A DNA stretch of 59,077 nt from an uncultured virus (IMG/VR IMGVR_UViG_3300042308_001600) (lineage: Duplodnaviria > Heunggongvirae > Uroviricota > Caudoviricetes): positions 62,001 to 121,077 of IMG/VR virus record IMGVR_UViG_3300042308_001600; one strand, given 5' to 3'. Every line of letters begins with the position of its first letter. The first letter of the stretch is position 1. The position numbers and the translations under genes are program-made. Shown one piece after another: positions 37,083-47,415 of the stretch. A model generated the notes under the pieces. It was not told where the DNA came from. It saw nothing but the letters and a program-made list of their open reading frames with translations, and did no database searches.

Positions 37083-39065
37083 TTACAGGGATTGCCCTGC
37101 TGCCCTTGCCCGTTGCTGCAGCGCACCCAAGCGCATGAGCCGCTCACCAGGCATGTCCATGGTGCGGTTTCGCGACTGTGCGTCGAGTTCCGCCCACTCC
37201 TGCATTTCCGGTCCGGTCAGTGCGCTGCTGTCGTTGGTTTCAACGGAGACGCCCGTGCCGAGCACGTCTGCAATTGACTGCCACCCCTTACTTGGATCCA
37301 CGACGCTACACACGCGGACCTCAGGTGGGCATTTGCCCAGGTCATGCAGTGCCACCGGCTCCGCACGACTTACACCATTTTCAGCAACCCAGAAAAACTG
37401 GGCGGGCGCGGGAGGTGGAGGTGGAGGCGGCGGAGGTGGAGGCGGAGGCGGAGGTGGAGGTGGTGGAGGCGGTGCCGTAAACGGAGTGTCCGCTTCATGG
37501 CCCAACGGGCTGGTTGCCGGTTGACCGAAGGCCGGAGCCTGTTGACCTCCGAAGGCCGGAGCCTGATAAGCAGGCGCTGGAGCCTGTTGACCTCCGAAGG
37601 CCGGAGCCTGATAAGCAGGCGCTGGAGCCTGTTGACCTCCGAAGGCGGGAGCCTGCTGACCTCCGAAGGCGGGAGCCTGCTGACCTCCAAAGGCTGGAGC
37701 CTGCTGACCTCCAAAGGCTGGAGCCTGATAAGCGGGCACTGGAGCCTGCTGACCGCCAAAGGCCGGAGCCTGATAAGCGGGCACTGGAGCCTGCTGGCCC
37801 CCGAAAGCTGGGGCTTGGTAAGCAGGCGCTGGAGCCTGTTGACCTCCGAAGGCCGGAGCCTGCTGGTCCCCGAAAGCTGGGGCTTGGTAAGCAGGCGCTG
37901 GAGCCTGTTGACCTCCGAAGGCCGGAGCCTGCTGGGCTGGCGCGGGGTGCTGCATCGGAATGTCGTCGTCGGACGGTTGTGCAAAACCCGTGACAGCCGA
38001 CTTGTAAGTCGGAGAGGGCGCACCACCTCCAGGGATGTCACACATACCACCACAGACAACAGCAATCAGATCACGCGGCAAGAAACCGTCGGCGATCAAG
38101 ATCTCAACAAGACGCTGAAAGGGCTCGATGCGAATCACATCTTCAGACTGAAGATCGTAACGATTCTCAAGCTGTTGCTGTGTCAGCGGGTACTGCACGA
38201 TACCAGCGGGCCAACCGGGCTCCGTGGAGAAGACTGGGCACCATGGCGTTGCGGAAGAGTTACCAGACTGAACTTGCTTCACTGTCGCCAACAATCCACG
38301 AGCGGGATCTGTGATATCGCCGAGCATGTACTGTTCCCACTTGGGGTCCACCAGATGAGGCGGCATAAACTGCTTCCAGCGCGGGTCCGCGGGATTCAGA
38401 GGCGCCCCGGTAGGGGAAAGCATGTCCGGAGGAGCAGCACGCGGAGTCGCACGATCCAGCTGATCCACCATGTTCAAGTGCCCGCCGCGATCAATCGTGA
38501 GCAGCATGTCCTTCGGGGTTTGCTGATCACGATGCGCGGCCACAACATTGTAAGCCATGCTCGTGCCGGGCCATTGGAGGATTGGCTTACCGTACTTGTT
38601 GTCAGGAGTGCGCGGGCGCTCTTCAAGCAGGTGCGCGTATTCCGCGTGTTTCTTGCAATACCGCAGCAGCATCACCACAGGGCAAGTGCGATCCGCTTCG
38701 GGATAACTGTCCCCACGTGTGATAGGAGACACGAACGAGAGTTTCTGGTTGCCCAGATAACGATACGAACGATACGGCACATACCAGGCGCTGAAGAACG
38801 GGTGACCGGATTCCGCGTCGATTGAGTTGGTGCGGTAGGGAACTACCGAGAGCTTGAACGCTGGGTCCTGCGGATCCAACTGTGGGTCGTGGGCCGGTTT
38901 GAAGCGCACCTGCAAGTTCACACGTTTGTCGCCAGGTTGAATCCATTCAACCCCTGGTTGGAATAGGCTGATCACAGAGCTGAAGCCTGCGTCCATCTGT
39001 TCTTCTGCTGCACTGCCACCGGTGAGTCGGCGGCTGGTTTGTTTAGTTGGGATATGAGTTGCCAT
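37083..39065 (-). CDS. replication-module protein (possible SSB) with FG/Q repeats, polyproline and a GYF-like C-terminal domain
   Basis: 660 aa between the DNA polymerase and RecA-like genes; globular N-terminal half, repeat linker, FFWVAENG..PV C-terminal domain. Confidence 0.55.
   Translation of the reverse strand: MATHIPTKQTSRRLTGGSAAEEQMDAGFSSVISLFQPGVEWIQPGDKRVNLQVRFKPAHDPQLDPQDPAFKLSVVPYRTNSIDAESGHPFFSAWYVPYRSYRYLGNQKLSFVSPITRGDSYPEADRTCPVVMLLRYCKKHAEYAHLLEERPRTPDNKYGKPILQWPGTSMAYNVVAAHRDQQTPKDMLLTIDRGGHLNMVDQLDRATPRAAPPDMLSPTGAPLNPADPRWKQFMPPHLVDPKWEQYMLGDITDPARGLLATVKQVQSGNSSATPWCPVFSTEPGWPAGIVQYPLTQQQLENRYDLQSEDVIRIEPFQRLVEILIADGFLPRDLIAVVCGGMCDIPGGGAPSPTYKSAVTGFAQPSDDDIPMQHPAPAQQAPAFGGQQAPAPAYQAPAFGDQQAPAFGGQQAPAPAYQAPAFGGQQAPVPAYQAPAFGGQQAPVPAYQAPAFGGQQAPAFGGQQAPAFGGQQAPAFGGQQAPAPAYQAPAFGGQQAPAPAYQAPAFGGQQAPAFGQPATSPLGHEADTPFTAPPPPPPPPPPPPPPPPPPPPPAPAQFFWVAENGVSRAEPVALHDLGKCPPEVRVCSVVDPSKGWQSIADVLGTGVSVETNDSSALTGPEMQEWAELDAQSRNRTMDMPGERLMRLGALQQRARAAGQSL
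37410..37935. repeat. coding tandem repeats (24/21-bp units) plus polyproline tract
   Basis: 13 QAPAFG units, 6 QAP(A/V)PAY units, ~21 consecutive Pro codons. Confidence 0.9.
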
Positions 39066-39193
39066 AAGGGAACGATCATCTAAAACGCATCACGTGAGGT
39101 GCAAGCCATTGCAGCGTTGAACACTCATTTTTCTTGTCGCATTTGTGCGAAAGTTTTACTGCAGTTACAGCAGCCTCAGAGACTGCTGTTGGT

Positions 39194-42100
39194 CTAGCTG
39201 AACAAGCACGTGTTCAGACTCGCGCGAGGGTTCTGCTTGAAGAACTCATTCGACGAATCCAACCATGCTTCTGCTGCCCGTAAATGGGAAGGGGTGGGCG
39301 CGTACTCGTCACGCGACAACAGCGCGTCCATATGACGCTGCCCTGGTACGTACTTGTAGGGCAGCGACCACCCGGCATTGACTTCCGTGTCGATCGAGTA
39401 GTTCAGAACGCGTCCATGGTACTCCCACCCGTTGGCTCTGTACATGCACAGTTCATGCGCCTTGGCCCACAGCTTTCGCTCGTGGTAGGGGCACATGGTG
39501 ACCACGCTGTCGTACAGGACCGTAATAGGCACACCCTCGAGGTTGTACCGCCGCTTGAACTGCATCAGCCAGTACGCAGCCCGAAGAGCTGTAGCCGCCA
39601 CCGACTCCTGCATGAAGTAGTTTCTCGCCTCACGAGCCTGTGCTGAGATGATCGACCGGGTCAAACTGCTAGATAGCCCGTACACGTTCGGGGGTGCCAC
39701 AAAGTGCCGCAGTTTACCTGATGCTGCACGCAAGTAACCAGGATCCAGAACCTTGTCTTCCTGCGCGTTCAGGAACGCCACAGCTTTTGGTTGGCGCTTC
39801 TCCAAAGCTGTCAGGATTTTCTCCCCAGTACCGGGCTCCGGCTTGAAGCCTGTGTCCGCCTCAATACTGCGTTCCAGTGTGCCGGGCGTCGAGCCGTATG
39901 CTGTCTTGAAGTTGCCAGCTTTTCCGGCTCCTCGGTCCTTCTTGTTGGTCATCAGTTCGCGCGGGCGTTCCTGGAACATCTCCGCCAGGGACCAGTGTAG
40001 ATCCGCTTTGGGATGGCGCAGAGAACCGTCCGGATTTCGCTTCAGCTCAGATTCCTGAACGTTGCGTATAAACTTGCCCTCTTCCCACACACTCATGATG
40101 AAACGCTGCTCCTGCGCTCGCGGTGCAATACCACAGTCGCTGGCATAACCCACCCGCACCTTCTCCCCCTTGGTTGTGATCGCGAACTGCTGATCCGGTT
40201 CCGTCATGATCCGGATCAAATTTTCATCACCCGAAATGTACGCCAGGCCCAGCACCTCGGCTGTCTGGAAGTCGGACTCCACAAAACACAGACCAGGCGG
40301 AGCTTGCACGCAGTGCCGCAGAGCTGGCAATTTCTGTTTCAGGTACTTCTGAAAAATGGCGGGAAGTCTGCCTTCTGCGTGAACATATTCCAGGATGCGC
40401 GCCATCCCAGACAGGATCCGATCCTGGACATATGAGGGCCAGTTGAGGCTGTTCGGATTCCAGGCACGCGGACGGGATGTCTCCGTCATGGACATTTGCC
40501 CATGCACCCGCTTGTCTGGTGCCACCCACGCGTGTAGTCCGGCCTCCTCCGTAATCTCCCCCGCCTCGTTGCGCTCCGGTTCCTTCAGGAAAGCCTTCCG
40601 GATATTGCCCACCGCATTGAGCTCCAGCAACTCCATCAATACCGGATCCTGGTTGGCGGCCGAGAGGATCTGCAAAGTTTGTTTGTCCACGGCCGGCACG
40701 AGACCTTCACGTTTTGCCGGCTTCCAGGACATCACCTTTGCCCAGTCTGTGGCCGGTACCCCCTTGGCTTTGTTGGCAGTACTCTTGACTGGTGTGTAAC
40801 CTTTCACATCAAACAACCAACGCCGCATGTCCGTCACGGAGCGTAAATTGAAACCGGCAGCCCCGTGGGCGTGCTCAATGGACTGCACAATGCAGCGCTC
40901 CTCCTCCTTTGAGAGAGATTCCAACGGCAGTCCCATGGACTCTTGCAAGAAAACACGCAGTGCCGCCGCCGCGTCCTTTGCGTCGGCCATGGCGTCCTCG
41001 TAGACCTGCCGGAGCCTGGGCCCCCAGGAACTCGATACAGATATTGCAAGCGTGCGCCGCAGCTCCGCGTCTTCCAGCCCCTTGAGGTTCGGCAGCATCT
41101 CCACCGCATTGCGCGCCAGTAGCAACCAGGCCTCTGCGTAGATGTTGTCGCGGAAGATCCGCTCCATCTCCTGGTAGACGAACCCGTACAACATGCGCAT
41201 CTCATCCATGAGCTCCATGTTCATCGGCAGCCCCGTGATGGCGAACTGCGTGAACACATCCGTCACAAACGGGTTCATGATCGTCCGGTAGTACTCAAGC
41301 ATGCCCTGCTGCTCTAAGTCCTTCTCGATGTAAGGCAGAGCACGCAACGGGACGTCAACGTCCCGGAGAGCGTAGGGGATCAGTATCTCATCCGGGATCA
41401 GACCGTAGCCACCCTCCACGTCCGCCCTGTGGTCCTTCTTCCAGAACTCCAGCTCCATCTCATACCTGCCAAGATCTGTGTACCGGAGGGACATACGCTC
41501 CAACCCGCGGTCACCATGTTCGTTGCAGCACTGGTACGCGAACTCAGTATCAAGTCTTGTCTTGCCCCACCAGGTCAATCCTAACCACTCCGCAAGCCAG
41601 GGTAAATCCGCAGATATGTGATGTCCGACCAGCTCCACGTCCGGCTGATCCCACACTTCCGCCAGAATCGCCCCGGCCGCCCGGTAGTCCACGTCAAAGA
41701 CGTAGTTGAGCTTGTCGTCCATGAACCTGATGTACGCCGCATGCCCCGGCAGCCAGCCAATCTGGAGCGAACGCAACTGGCCTGATGCGTGGCTCCTGCC
41801 GTGCCACTCACAGTCAGGACATAGCAGCTTGTATGGTTGCAGGTCCTTTACAAGCTGCCGCAGTTCCGCGGCGTTCGTGACAGTTCGGTAATGCAACGGT
41901 ATCCTGTTGACCAGGATACCCCGAGATTCGTCGAGGGCCTGTTTCACCTGGGCCATGTCCATCCGAAACCGCTCCATCCATTCAGGCTTGGCCGCCACGT
42001 AGTACTGGTGGTTCATGGGCATGACGCGACACTGGAACTCATCGCTCCAGAACCAGGCCCCGATGGCATCGCCAAATTTGAACCGTATCGGCACCAAGAA

Positions 42101-42619
42101 CTCGAAGGCGGCCTTGCCGAAAGCCACCACAATCTTGGGCTTTACCTCCGTCAGCTCACGCCGCAGACACGCCAGACCGGGGGATATGTCCCCTGCCTTG
42201 GGGTTGAGCCGTGTCTCCTTGGGCAGCAACCATTTGCACACCGCCGTGTAGTACACGTCACTGTCAACCGCTACACCCACGGACATACACATGTCCTTTA
42301 GAGCCGCGCCGTGCGGGCCTTTCAAGTACGCAGGTTTGCGTTTGAACACAGCCCCGTAGGTACCCTGCTCCTCCTCCAGCACCTCCTCTTCCAGAACACT
42401 GCTGGAGAGGAACATGATGGAGGATTGTTTGGACCCTCGGCCGGCCACCACAACTCGATCCTGATGACGTCTGCTAACGTTCCAATTCTCCGGCACTTCA
42501 AAAGGTTCAGCGCACACCTTCGGCGTGGCTGCCTCCGGCTCGGGAGTCGGCGCTGGAAACGACGGGTAAGGTTGTTCGGTTTGCTCCATATCTGTGAGTT
42601 TCTCAAGCATGCCGTTCAT
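39194..42619 (-). CDS. polA: family A DNA polymerase with N-terminal UDG-like and 3'-5' exonuclease domains
   Basis: UDG-like YYTAVCKW..ELTEVKPKIVVAFGKAA; exonuclease DCE, HISAD, YALRD; polymerase motifs ESDFQTAE, RGAGKAGNFKTAYG, LYDS. Confidence 0.92.
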   Translation of the reverse strand: MNGMLEKLTDMEQTEQPYPSFPAPTPEPEAATPKVCAEPFEVPENWNVSRRHQDRVVVAGRGSKQSSIMFLSSSVLEEEVLEEEQGTYGAVFKRKPAYLKGPHGAALKDMCMSVGVAVDSDVYYTAVCKWLLPKETRLNPKAGDISPGLACLRRELTEVKPKIVVAFGKAAFEFLVPIRFKFGDAIGAWFWSDEFQCRVMPMNHQYYVAAKPEWMERFRMDMAQVKQALDESRGILVNRIPLHYRTVTNAAELRQLVKDLQPYKLLCPDCEWHGRSHASGQLRSLQIGWLPGHAAYIRFMDDKLNYVFDVDYRAAGAILAEVWDQPDVELVGHHISADLPWLAEWLGLTWWGKTRLDTEFAYQCCNEHGDRGLERMSLRYTDLGRYEMELEFWKKDHRADVEGGYGLIPDEILIPYALRDVDVPLRALPYIEKDLEQQGMLEYYRTIMNPFVTDVFTQFAITGLPMNMELMDEMRMLYGFVYQEMERIFRDNIYAEAWLLLARNAVEMLPNLKGLEDAELRRTLAISVSSSWGPRLRQVYEDAMADAKDAAAALRVFLQESMGLPLESLSKEEERCIVQSIEHAHGAAGFNLRSVTDMRRWLFDVKGYTPVKSTANKAKGVPATDWAKVMSWKPAKREGLVPAVDKQTLQILSAANQDPVLMELLELNAVGNIRKAFLKEPERNEAGEITEEAGLHAWVAPDKRVHGQMSMTETSRPRAWNPNSLNWPSYVQDRILSGMARILEYVHAEGRLPAIFQKYLKQKLPALRHCVQAPPGLCFVESDFQTAEVLGLAYISGDENLIRIMTEPDQQFAITTKGEKVRVGYASDCGIAPRAQEQRFIMSVWEEGKFIRNVQESELKRNPDGSLRHPKADLHWSLAEMFQERPRELMTNKKDRGAGKAGNFKTAYGSTPGTLERSIEADTGFKPEPGTGEKILTALEKRQPKAVAFLNAQEDKVLDPGYLRAASGKLRHFVAPPNVYGLSSSLTRSIISAQAREARNYFMQESVAATALRAAYWLMQFKRRYNLEGVPITVLYDSVVTMCPYHERKLWAKAHELCMYRANGWEYHGRVLNYSIDTEVNAGWSLPYKYVPGQRHMDALLSRDEYAPTPSHLRAAEAWLDSSNEFFKQNPRASLNTCLFS

Positions 42620-42625
42620 AGTTAA

Positions 42626-42868
42626 TCAACAGTTGGCGTAGCAGCCGGGATTGAGGCAGACCCACATTTGGGGTGTCACCTTGTGCATCCTGTGACTCAC
42701 ACCGCGCTTGCTGCAAGCTGAGTTTCCATGACACGAGGATCCCATGTCAAAATCGCCCGTCACCGGATCCACAGGACCCCGCTCCCCTTCCGGTAACCGA
42801 AAGGGTTTGAGGCGGGGACAGAACTCCACCTTGCGCTTCTTCTTTTGTCTAGGTGTCTTTTTCTTCAT
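42626..42868 (-). CDS. small basic Cys-containing protein
   Basis: ATG at 42868, ATGA coupling. Confidence 0.45.
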   Translation of the reverse strand: MKKKTPRQKKKRKVEFCPRLKPFRLPEGERGPVDPVTGDFDMGSSCHGNSACSKRGVSHRMHKVTPQMWVCLNPGCYANC

Positions 42869-43131
42869 AGCAGCCAGATGTGGTGAATACTGGAATGCAT
42901 CATGCACATAGCAGGACGCCCGCACCATTTGCCGCGGTAGTACTGAATGTGGCAGTCATTCTTGATTGTCGGATGAAAACCGAATTGCTCATTGAGCTCA
43001 CGCACAATGTACAACCCCACATGCTTCAAGAACGTCCGGTACGTAACCTCGCGAGAGGAATTATCGAACGCTTCCAACCTGTGTGCAGGTAGATGAACGC
43101 ATGTTCCAACCCACTGTACGTTCCTGTTCAT
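42865..43131 (-). CDS. hypothetical phage protein
   Basis: 88 aa tiling ORF. Confidence 0.6.
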   Translation of the reverse strand: MNRNVQWVGTCVHLPAHRLEAFDNSSREVTYRTFLKHVGLYIVRELNEQFGFHPTIKNDCHIQYYRGKWCGRPAMCMMHSSIHHIWLL

Positions 43132-44684
43132 GTCGTGACCAGTTCCCCCGGCAGTTCACACTCAGCCATGTGCTCGGGGCAACGTGCTGCCAGGAATTCT
43201 TCCACATGGGCCGGAAAATCATCGACCAGCCAGCGTGCTCCCACAGGGGTGAAGAACACCTGCCAGCGCCAATCGCGGTCTGTTCCATGCTTGGCACGGT
43301 AACCTGCGGTGCTGCTGTTTGACGTGTGCACCCGCCGTACAAATGCTTTCTGTTCAATCATGATCTGCGGACGCAACACAGGCTCGCCGTCCGCCCGCAA
43401 TTTCTTCTGCCCTATCTTGAACCGCACCACATTGCGCAGAACTTTGTTCACGTCACGCGAGCTGGCGGGCATTGCTGTGTGCACCATGGCGAGCAGGGTG
43501 TCATAATCGTATTTGTCCAACAGCGCAGCCAACACGTCATTGATCGTGCACCAGCCGTGGTCCTGCCGAAGTTTGCTGGAATGGTAAACCATTCTGTCAG
43601 TTTCAGGACTTCGCACGATGGAGCCCGCTGCTGTCGCTTGCGCCAGACTGGTCTTCAACCGCGCCAGCTCCTCGTTCTTGCCGGCCAGCTCCGCCGCCAG
43701 AACATCCGCGGCCCCTTGCATGTCCTGAATGCGCTGCAACGTCTCGGCCTTGTATTGAACATGGTGTTGCTGTTGCTGCCTCGTGCGTTCGACCAGCTGC
43801 AGACAAGCCTGCACCGCCTGTTTAGGATCATTAAAGTCCACCTTGGAAATATACTCAGGCAGACCTGCGGGGCACGGCACCGGCACCGGTGCAATCCGCC
43901 GGTAAAGCTCGTTGAACGCCAGCAACCGGGCACGTAGCAGCTTGGGCAAGCTAAGCAGTAGAAACACCGCCGTCTTGCGTGAGAGTGTGCCGTCTGCCGC
44001 CACAGTCAGGAAATCAGTGTCATCTGTCTCCCCATATTCGACCCGCGACGTCTGCAGTTTGCGCCTCACGTGCTTCTCGGAATACCCGCAGCGCGCGGCG
44101 AGCTTGCTCACGTCGATGCGTGTTTGGCTCAAGTCGTCGTGGTAGAAGTCCAACACCAGCTGTGACATGGGTTGGTACTCCCAGGCCAGCGCGTCTAGGC
44201 TGGCACATTCCGGCCAGGCTGTACGAATAAGAGGTCCGCAGAACTCGATCTCCCGCGTCTTACGCAGCCCTGACATGTAGCTGTAGACGTCGATGAATCC
44301 CGCACATCTGCGCTGCTGGTCTGCCTCATGCCCTTTCAGGCTGTTGAGCAGCCATACGATGAAGCGCTGCAACGCCGGCAACCAAAACACCGCCGAGTTC
44401 ACATGCTGACCTGAGCGAAACAAATGCACACCCTTTTCCTGAGGGTGCGCGGCAACATATCGCCGGATCGGCCGCAGCAAGTTGTCATGCCGCCAGCCTG
44501 CCTGTTTCATAAGCAAGCTGCTCGTGAAAATACCGTCGTCACCCGCATCCCGCAGTTTGAAAACATTGCCTAGCAGCGCGTCAAAACGACCCGTCACGGC
44601 AGGCGTGCGCGTCGTGTGTGTCTTAACCTCATTCCAGGCCCGTTCTGTCGAAGGGGACATTTGTGTGATGTGCGTGATATCCAT
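43128..44684 (-). CDS. phage antirepressor-like protein (Rha-like N-terminus, KilAC/ANT-like C-terminus)
   Basis: RHDNLLR motif; DFNDPKQA plus coiled coil; C-terminal QVFFTPVGARWL. Confidence 0.6.
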   Translation of the reverse strand: MDITHITQMSPSTERAWNEVKTHTTRTPAVTGRFDALLGNVFKLRDAGDDGIFTSSLLMKQAGWRHDNLLRPIRRYVAAHPQEKGVHLFRSGQHVNSAVFWLPALQRFIVWLLNSLKGHEADQQRRCAGFIDVYSYMSGLRKTREIEFCGPLIRTAWPECASLDALAWEYQPMSQLVLDFYHDDLSQTRIDVSKLAARCGYSEKHVRRKLQTSRVEYGETDDTDFLTVAADGTLSRKTAVFLLLSLPKLLRARLLAFNELYRRIAPVPVPCPAGLPEYISKVDFNDPKQAVQACLQLVERTRQQQQHHVQYKAETLQRIQDMQGAADVLAAELAGKNEELARLKTSLAQATAAGSIVRSPETDRMVYHSSKLRQDHGWCTINDVLAALLDKYDYDTLLAMVHTAMPASSRDVNKVLRNVVRFKIGQKKLRADGEPVLRPQIMIEQKAFVRRVHTSNSSTAGYRAKHGTDRDWRWQVFFTPVGARWLVDDFPAHVEEFLAARCPEHMAECELPGELVTT

Positions 44685-44687
44685 GGG

Positions 44688-45983
44688 TCAGTAGCTGTTC
44701 AACCACGTTTGCCTTTGTTCGTCCACCCAGGCCTGCGGGAAGTCCCCAATGTCTTTTGCAGCTTTGCCGTCTGGAAGCTGCTGCGGCAAATGCCAGACAT
44801 CGGTCAACACCTTGGAGGCCAGCCGTCGTGAGCTAAGTTCCAGGTCCTTCTGCCCGGCCGCGTCATTGTCGGGCACCTGAATGACCACCGCGAAGTGACG
44901 AGCAAGAAGCGCGATCTGATCATCCGACAGGAACTTGCCGATCTGCGCCACGGCCGGCGCCCTCAACCTTCCAGCGTCCAACGGTCCCTCTGACGTGAAG
45001 GCGATTGGCAGCTGACCAGGACGATGGCAGGCATTCCAGGCGATAGCCGCATCGAGCCCCATCAGGATCTCATTCCGTGCCGTGCCGTTAGCTGTGCGGT
45101 ACTTGCTGGGCGACCAGCGTTCCGCGTACTGAGGAGGCGGGATAAACTTCTTCTTGGCGACGTCGTAGGACTCCATGCAGAACCAAGTGTTTGTGTCCCC
45201 ATTCCAGAAATACTTGAAACGTGTACCACCATGCTCCGCGACCCGTTCAATGATGCGCGCCTGCCAGGTTTTTTGCACCCCCTCAATGTCGGCGAAGAAG
45301 ATAATACGACCCTGCGGCGAATCTCGGAAACCCTCGCAGAGTTTGCGGTAGTAACGCTTGGTCGCGGGATCCTGCGCCCATTCTCGCACACAGTAGCTGC
45401 AACGGAACTGTTCCCACAAACTCTGCAAATCATAGTCACGCTCCAGCAAATACTGGACGGCGGGATGATCAGCAGACAGCTGGTTGATCGGAATGACATC
45501 CCGCGGATCCCCGTGATTACCTCGAGATCCGGGAGGACCATTGCCCGGACCACCGGGAACAATGTTGTCCAGGGCGTCGCGTACCAGCCACTGTGTGTTG
45601 TCCGCAAAAGACACGGAACCGATCTTGGATTCCTTGATCCCGCGCGCGGCCAGTGGCGCAAAGGTCATGAGCTGTGTGGCCTTGTACTTGGTGCCACACT
45701 TCATGCACAACCCTACGGAGTCCCGCAGGTGATCTGTGGCACCTTCCCAACGTCCTGTTGCGCAGAACTTGTCTGCATTGACGGCCAGGTGCCGTTTGCG
45801 CAACTCCTGATCCCCCTCAACTTCCAAACAGGCTGGACAGGCAAGGTTCAAATGCAGCCCGTTCTTTTCCCGGCTGATCAGCACCGCACCATGCTTGACC
45901 GCCAAGGCCTGCGCGAAGTTCATGACATCCTCGGGGACACCAGTGCTGGCCCCGCTGCGAAATCGTACTTGGTCAGGGTCCAT
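44688..45983 (-). CDS. DnaG-like DNA primase
   Basis: CPAC/CMKC zinc finger, YLLER, RIIF..WQAR, SKY, TOPRIM EGPLDA and DNDAAG; likely ATG at 45983. Confidence 0.85.
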   Translation of the reverse strand: MDPDQVRFRSGASTGVPEDVMNFAQALAVKHGAVLISREKNGLHLNLACPACLEVEGDQELRKRHLAVNADKFCATGRWEGATDHLRDSVGLCMKCGTKYKATQLMTFAPLAARGIKESKIGSVSFADNTQWLVRDALDNIVPGGPGNGPPGSRGNHGDPRDVIPINQLSADHPAVQYLLERDYDLQSLWEQFRCSYCVREWAQDPATKRYYRKLCEGFRDSPQGRIIFFADIEGVQKTWQARIIERVAEHGGTRFKYFWNGDTNTWFCMESYDVAKKKFIPPPQYAERWSPSKYRTANGTARNEILMGLDAAIAWNACHRPGQLPIAFTSEGPLDAGRLRAPAVAQIGKFLSDDQIALLARHFAVVIQVPDNDAAGQKDLELSSRRLASKVLTDVWHLPQQLPDGKAAKDIGDFPQAWVDEQRQTWLNSY

Positions 45984-46344
45984 TGTTCGGTTTGAGTTCA
46001 AAATATCTACCAAGAAGCTGTGGACATTCATCAGGCAGATCCTTGAGAAGGTTTTCTGTGATGATCGCGCGCAGATCAACCAATGGGGTGGTTCTACCTG
46101 CGGACAGGATTCTGCAATATGCCAGGTATTCCCGAATCGTAACCACGTCCTCAAGCATCTCGGGCATGCGCTTCTCGCGGTACGCATCCAGATCCGACTC
46201 GGTCATGTCACGATCACAACCACGCTCTGCTATCTCGATCTCGAGCTCTGATTCCAGAAAGGTCAGGATCGGATGCTGTTCCCCAGCCTCGTAGGCACGT
46301 CGGGCCTGCTCCACCCACAACACCACAGGATCACCAGATTCCAT
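45973..46344 (-). CDS. hypothetical protein
   Basis: Likely ATG at 46344. Confidence 0.55.
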   Translation of the reverse strand: MESGDPVVLWVEQARRAYEAGEQHPILTFLESELEIEIAERGCDRDMTESDLDAYREKRMPEMLEDVVTIREYLAYCRILSAGRTTPLVDLRAIITENLLKDLPDECPQLLGRYFELKPNNGP

Positions 46345-46996
46345 CGGAATACTCCTGTTTGAGTGCGTTAAGGTTGCGGCGAATGTAGTCCGCGACGGGG
46401 CAGCGTCGGTCATCCTTTTTGCCGTTGCTGTACAGCCAGTGCAGGTATCTAGCCGGGACATCCTGCATGAGATCTCCCTTGTGTTTACCAAATGGCATCG
46501 GGTCAGTGTCTTGGAGTTCGATCATGTTTTCAATAAGCTCGTGCGTTGGTGGAGCAGTCACGCTTTGCGTTTCCACGAAGGATGCAACCACAGCGTGTCC
46601 AGCTCTTGCAGTCAAGACGCGTTGCGCTGGCGCAGTCAGTTTGGGAGATTGTGTTGGTAACTGCGTCTGTGCCTTGGCCTGTTTCAGGGCCTGCTTCATT
46701 TCAACCAAAGCTGTGATGTCCGATGGTGCAATGTGGCTGACACGAATGCCTTTTTTACGGAACCATTCAGCCAATGCGTAGTACTCACGATGCTGTTGCT
46801 TGTACTTGGCTGACTCGCTTCGACGCTTTGATGCATGCTTGGCATAGGCACGCTTGAGCGCCGCGCGGCCTTTTGTGCGGTTCTTCGCCCACGCTTCACG
46901 TTGAGCCTCCGCCCAGCAGACACGACACACGTTTCGGAACCCGCTTGCGCCGCGTGCCACCAAGTCAGTGCTTGAGCAGTTTTTGCATGTCTTCAT
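46331..46996 (-). CDS. zinc-ribbon/basic domain joined to a DUF3820-like (MPFGKHKG) domain
   Basis: CKNC..CRVC N-terminus; MPFGKHKG..DVPARYLHWL C-terminus. Confidence 0.65.
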   Translation of the reverse strand: MKTCKNCSSTDLVARGASGFRNVCRVCWAEAQREAWAKNRTKGRAALKRAYAKHASKRRSESAKYKQQHREYYALAEWFRKKGIRVSHIAPSDITALVEMKQALKQAKAQTQLPTQSPKLTAPAQRVLTARAGHAVVASFVETQSVTAPPTHELIENMIELQDTDPMPFGKHKGDLMQDVPARYLHWLYSNGKKDDRRCPVADYIRRNLNALKQEYSDGIW

Positions 46997-47198
46997 TGAG
47001 TTCCTTCAGCTTGGCGCGTTCCAGTGCGTTGTGCATGACCAGGTTGCGTTCCATTGCCACGATGTTGGCCAGGGACGCGTTGATCTGTTTTGCCTGCTCG
47101 ACGTGCTCGGCGTTGGCCCGCACGAACGCGATATTGGCCTTCGCCTGCTCCAGCACGAAGGAATGGGATGCGTGAATAGTGGAAGTTTCTGGGGTCAT
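46965..47198 (-). CDS. hypothetical protein
   Basis: 77 aa tiling ORF. Confidence 0.55.
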   Translation of the reverse strand: MTPETSTIHASHSFVLEQAKANIAFVRANAEHVEQAKQINASLANIVAMERNLVMHNALERAKLKELNEDMQKLLKH

Positions 47199-47415
47199 AC
47201 CAAATTGACTACACGAAGTTCAAGCGGACGCTGCACGACAGGGATCGTATCCCCGTCGAACAGAATGTCCAACAGCACACGCCCTTGGTCGTCATGACGC
47301 GGAGCACGGCTTACCACTCCCTCCTGCTCGAAGAGGGGGCTGTACACGCGGCATCCCTTTTGGAAATGCGCGGGCACGATTGCGAGTTCTATGGGTGGCT
47401 TGGGCATATATCGGA

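Noticed and set aside
37410..37935. Possible CRISPR or guide array
   Set aside because: Units are in-frame 21/24-mers with no unique spacers; this is a coding repeat
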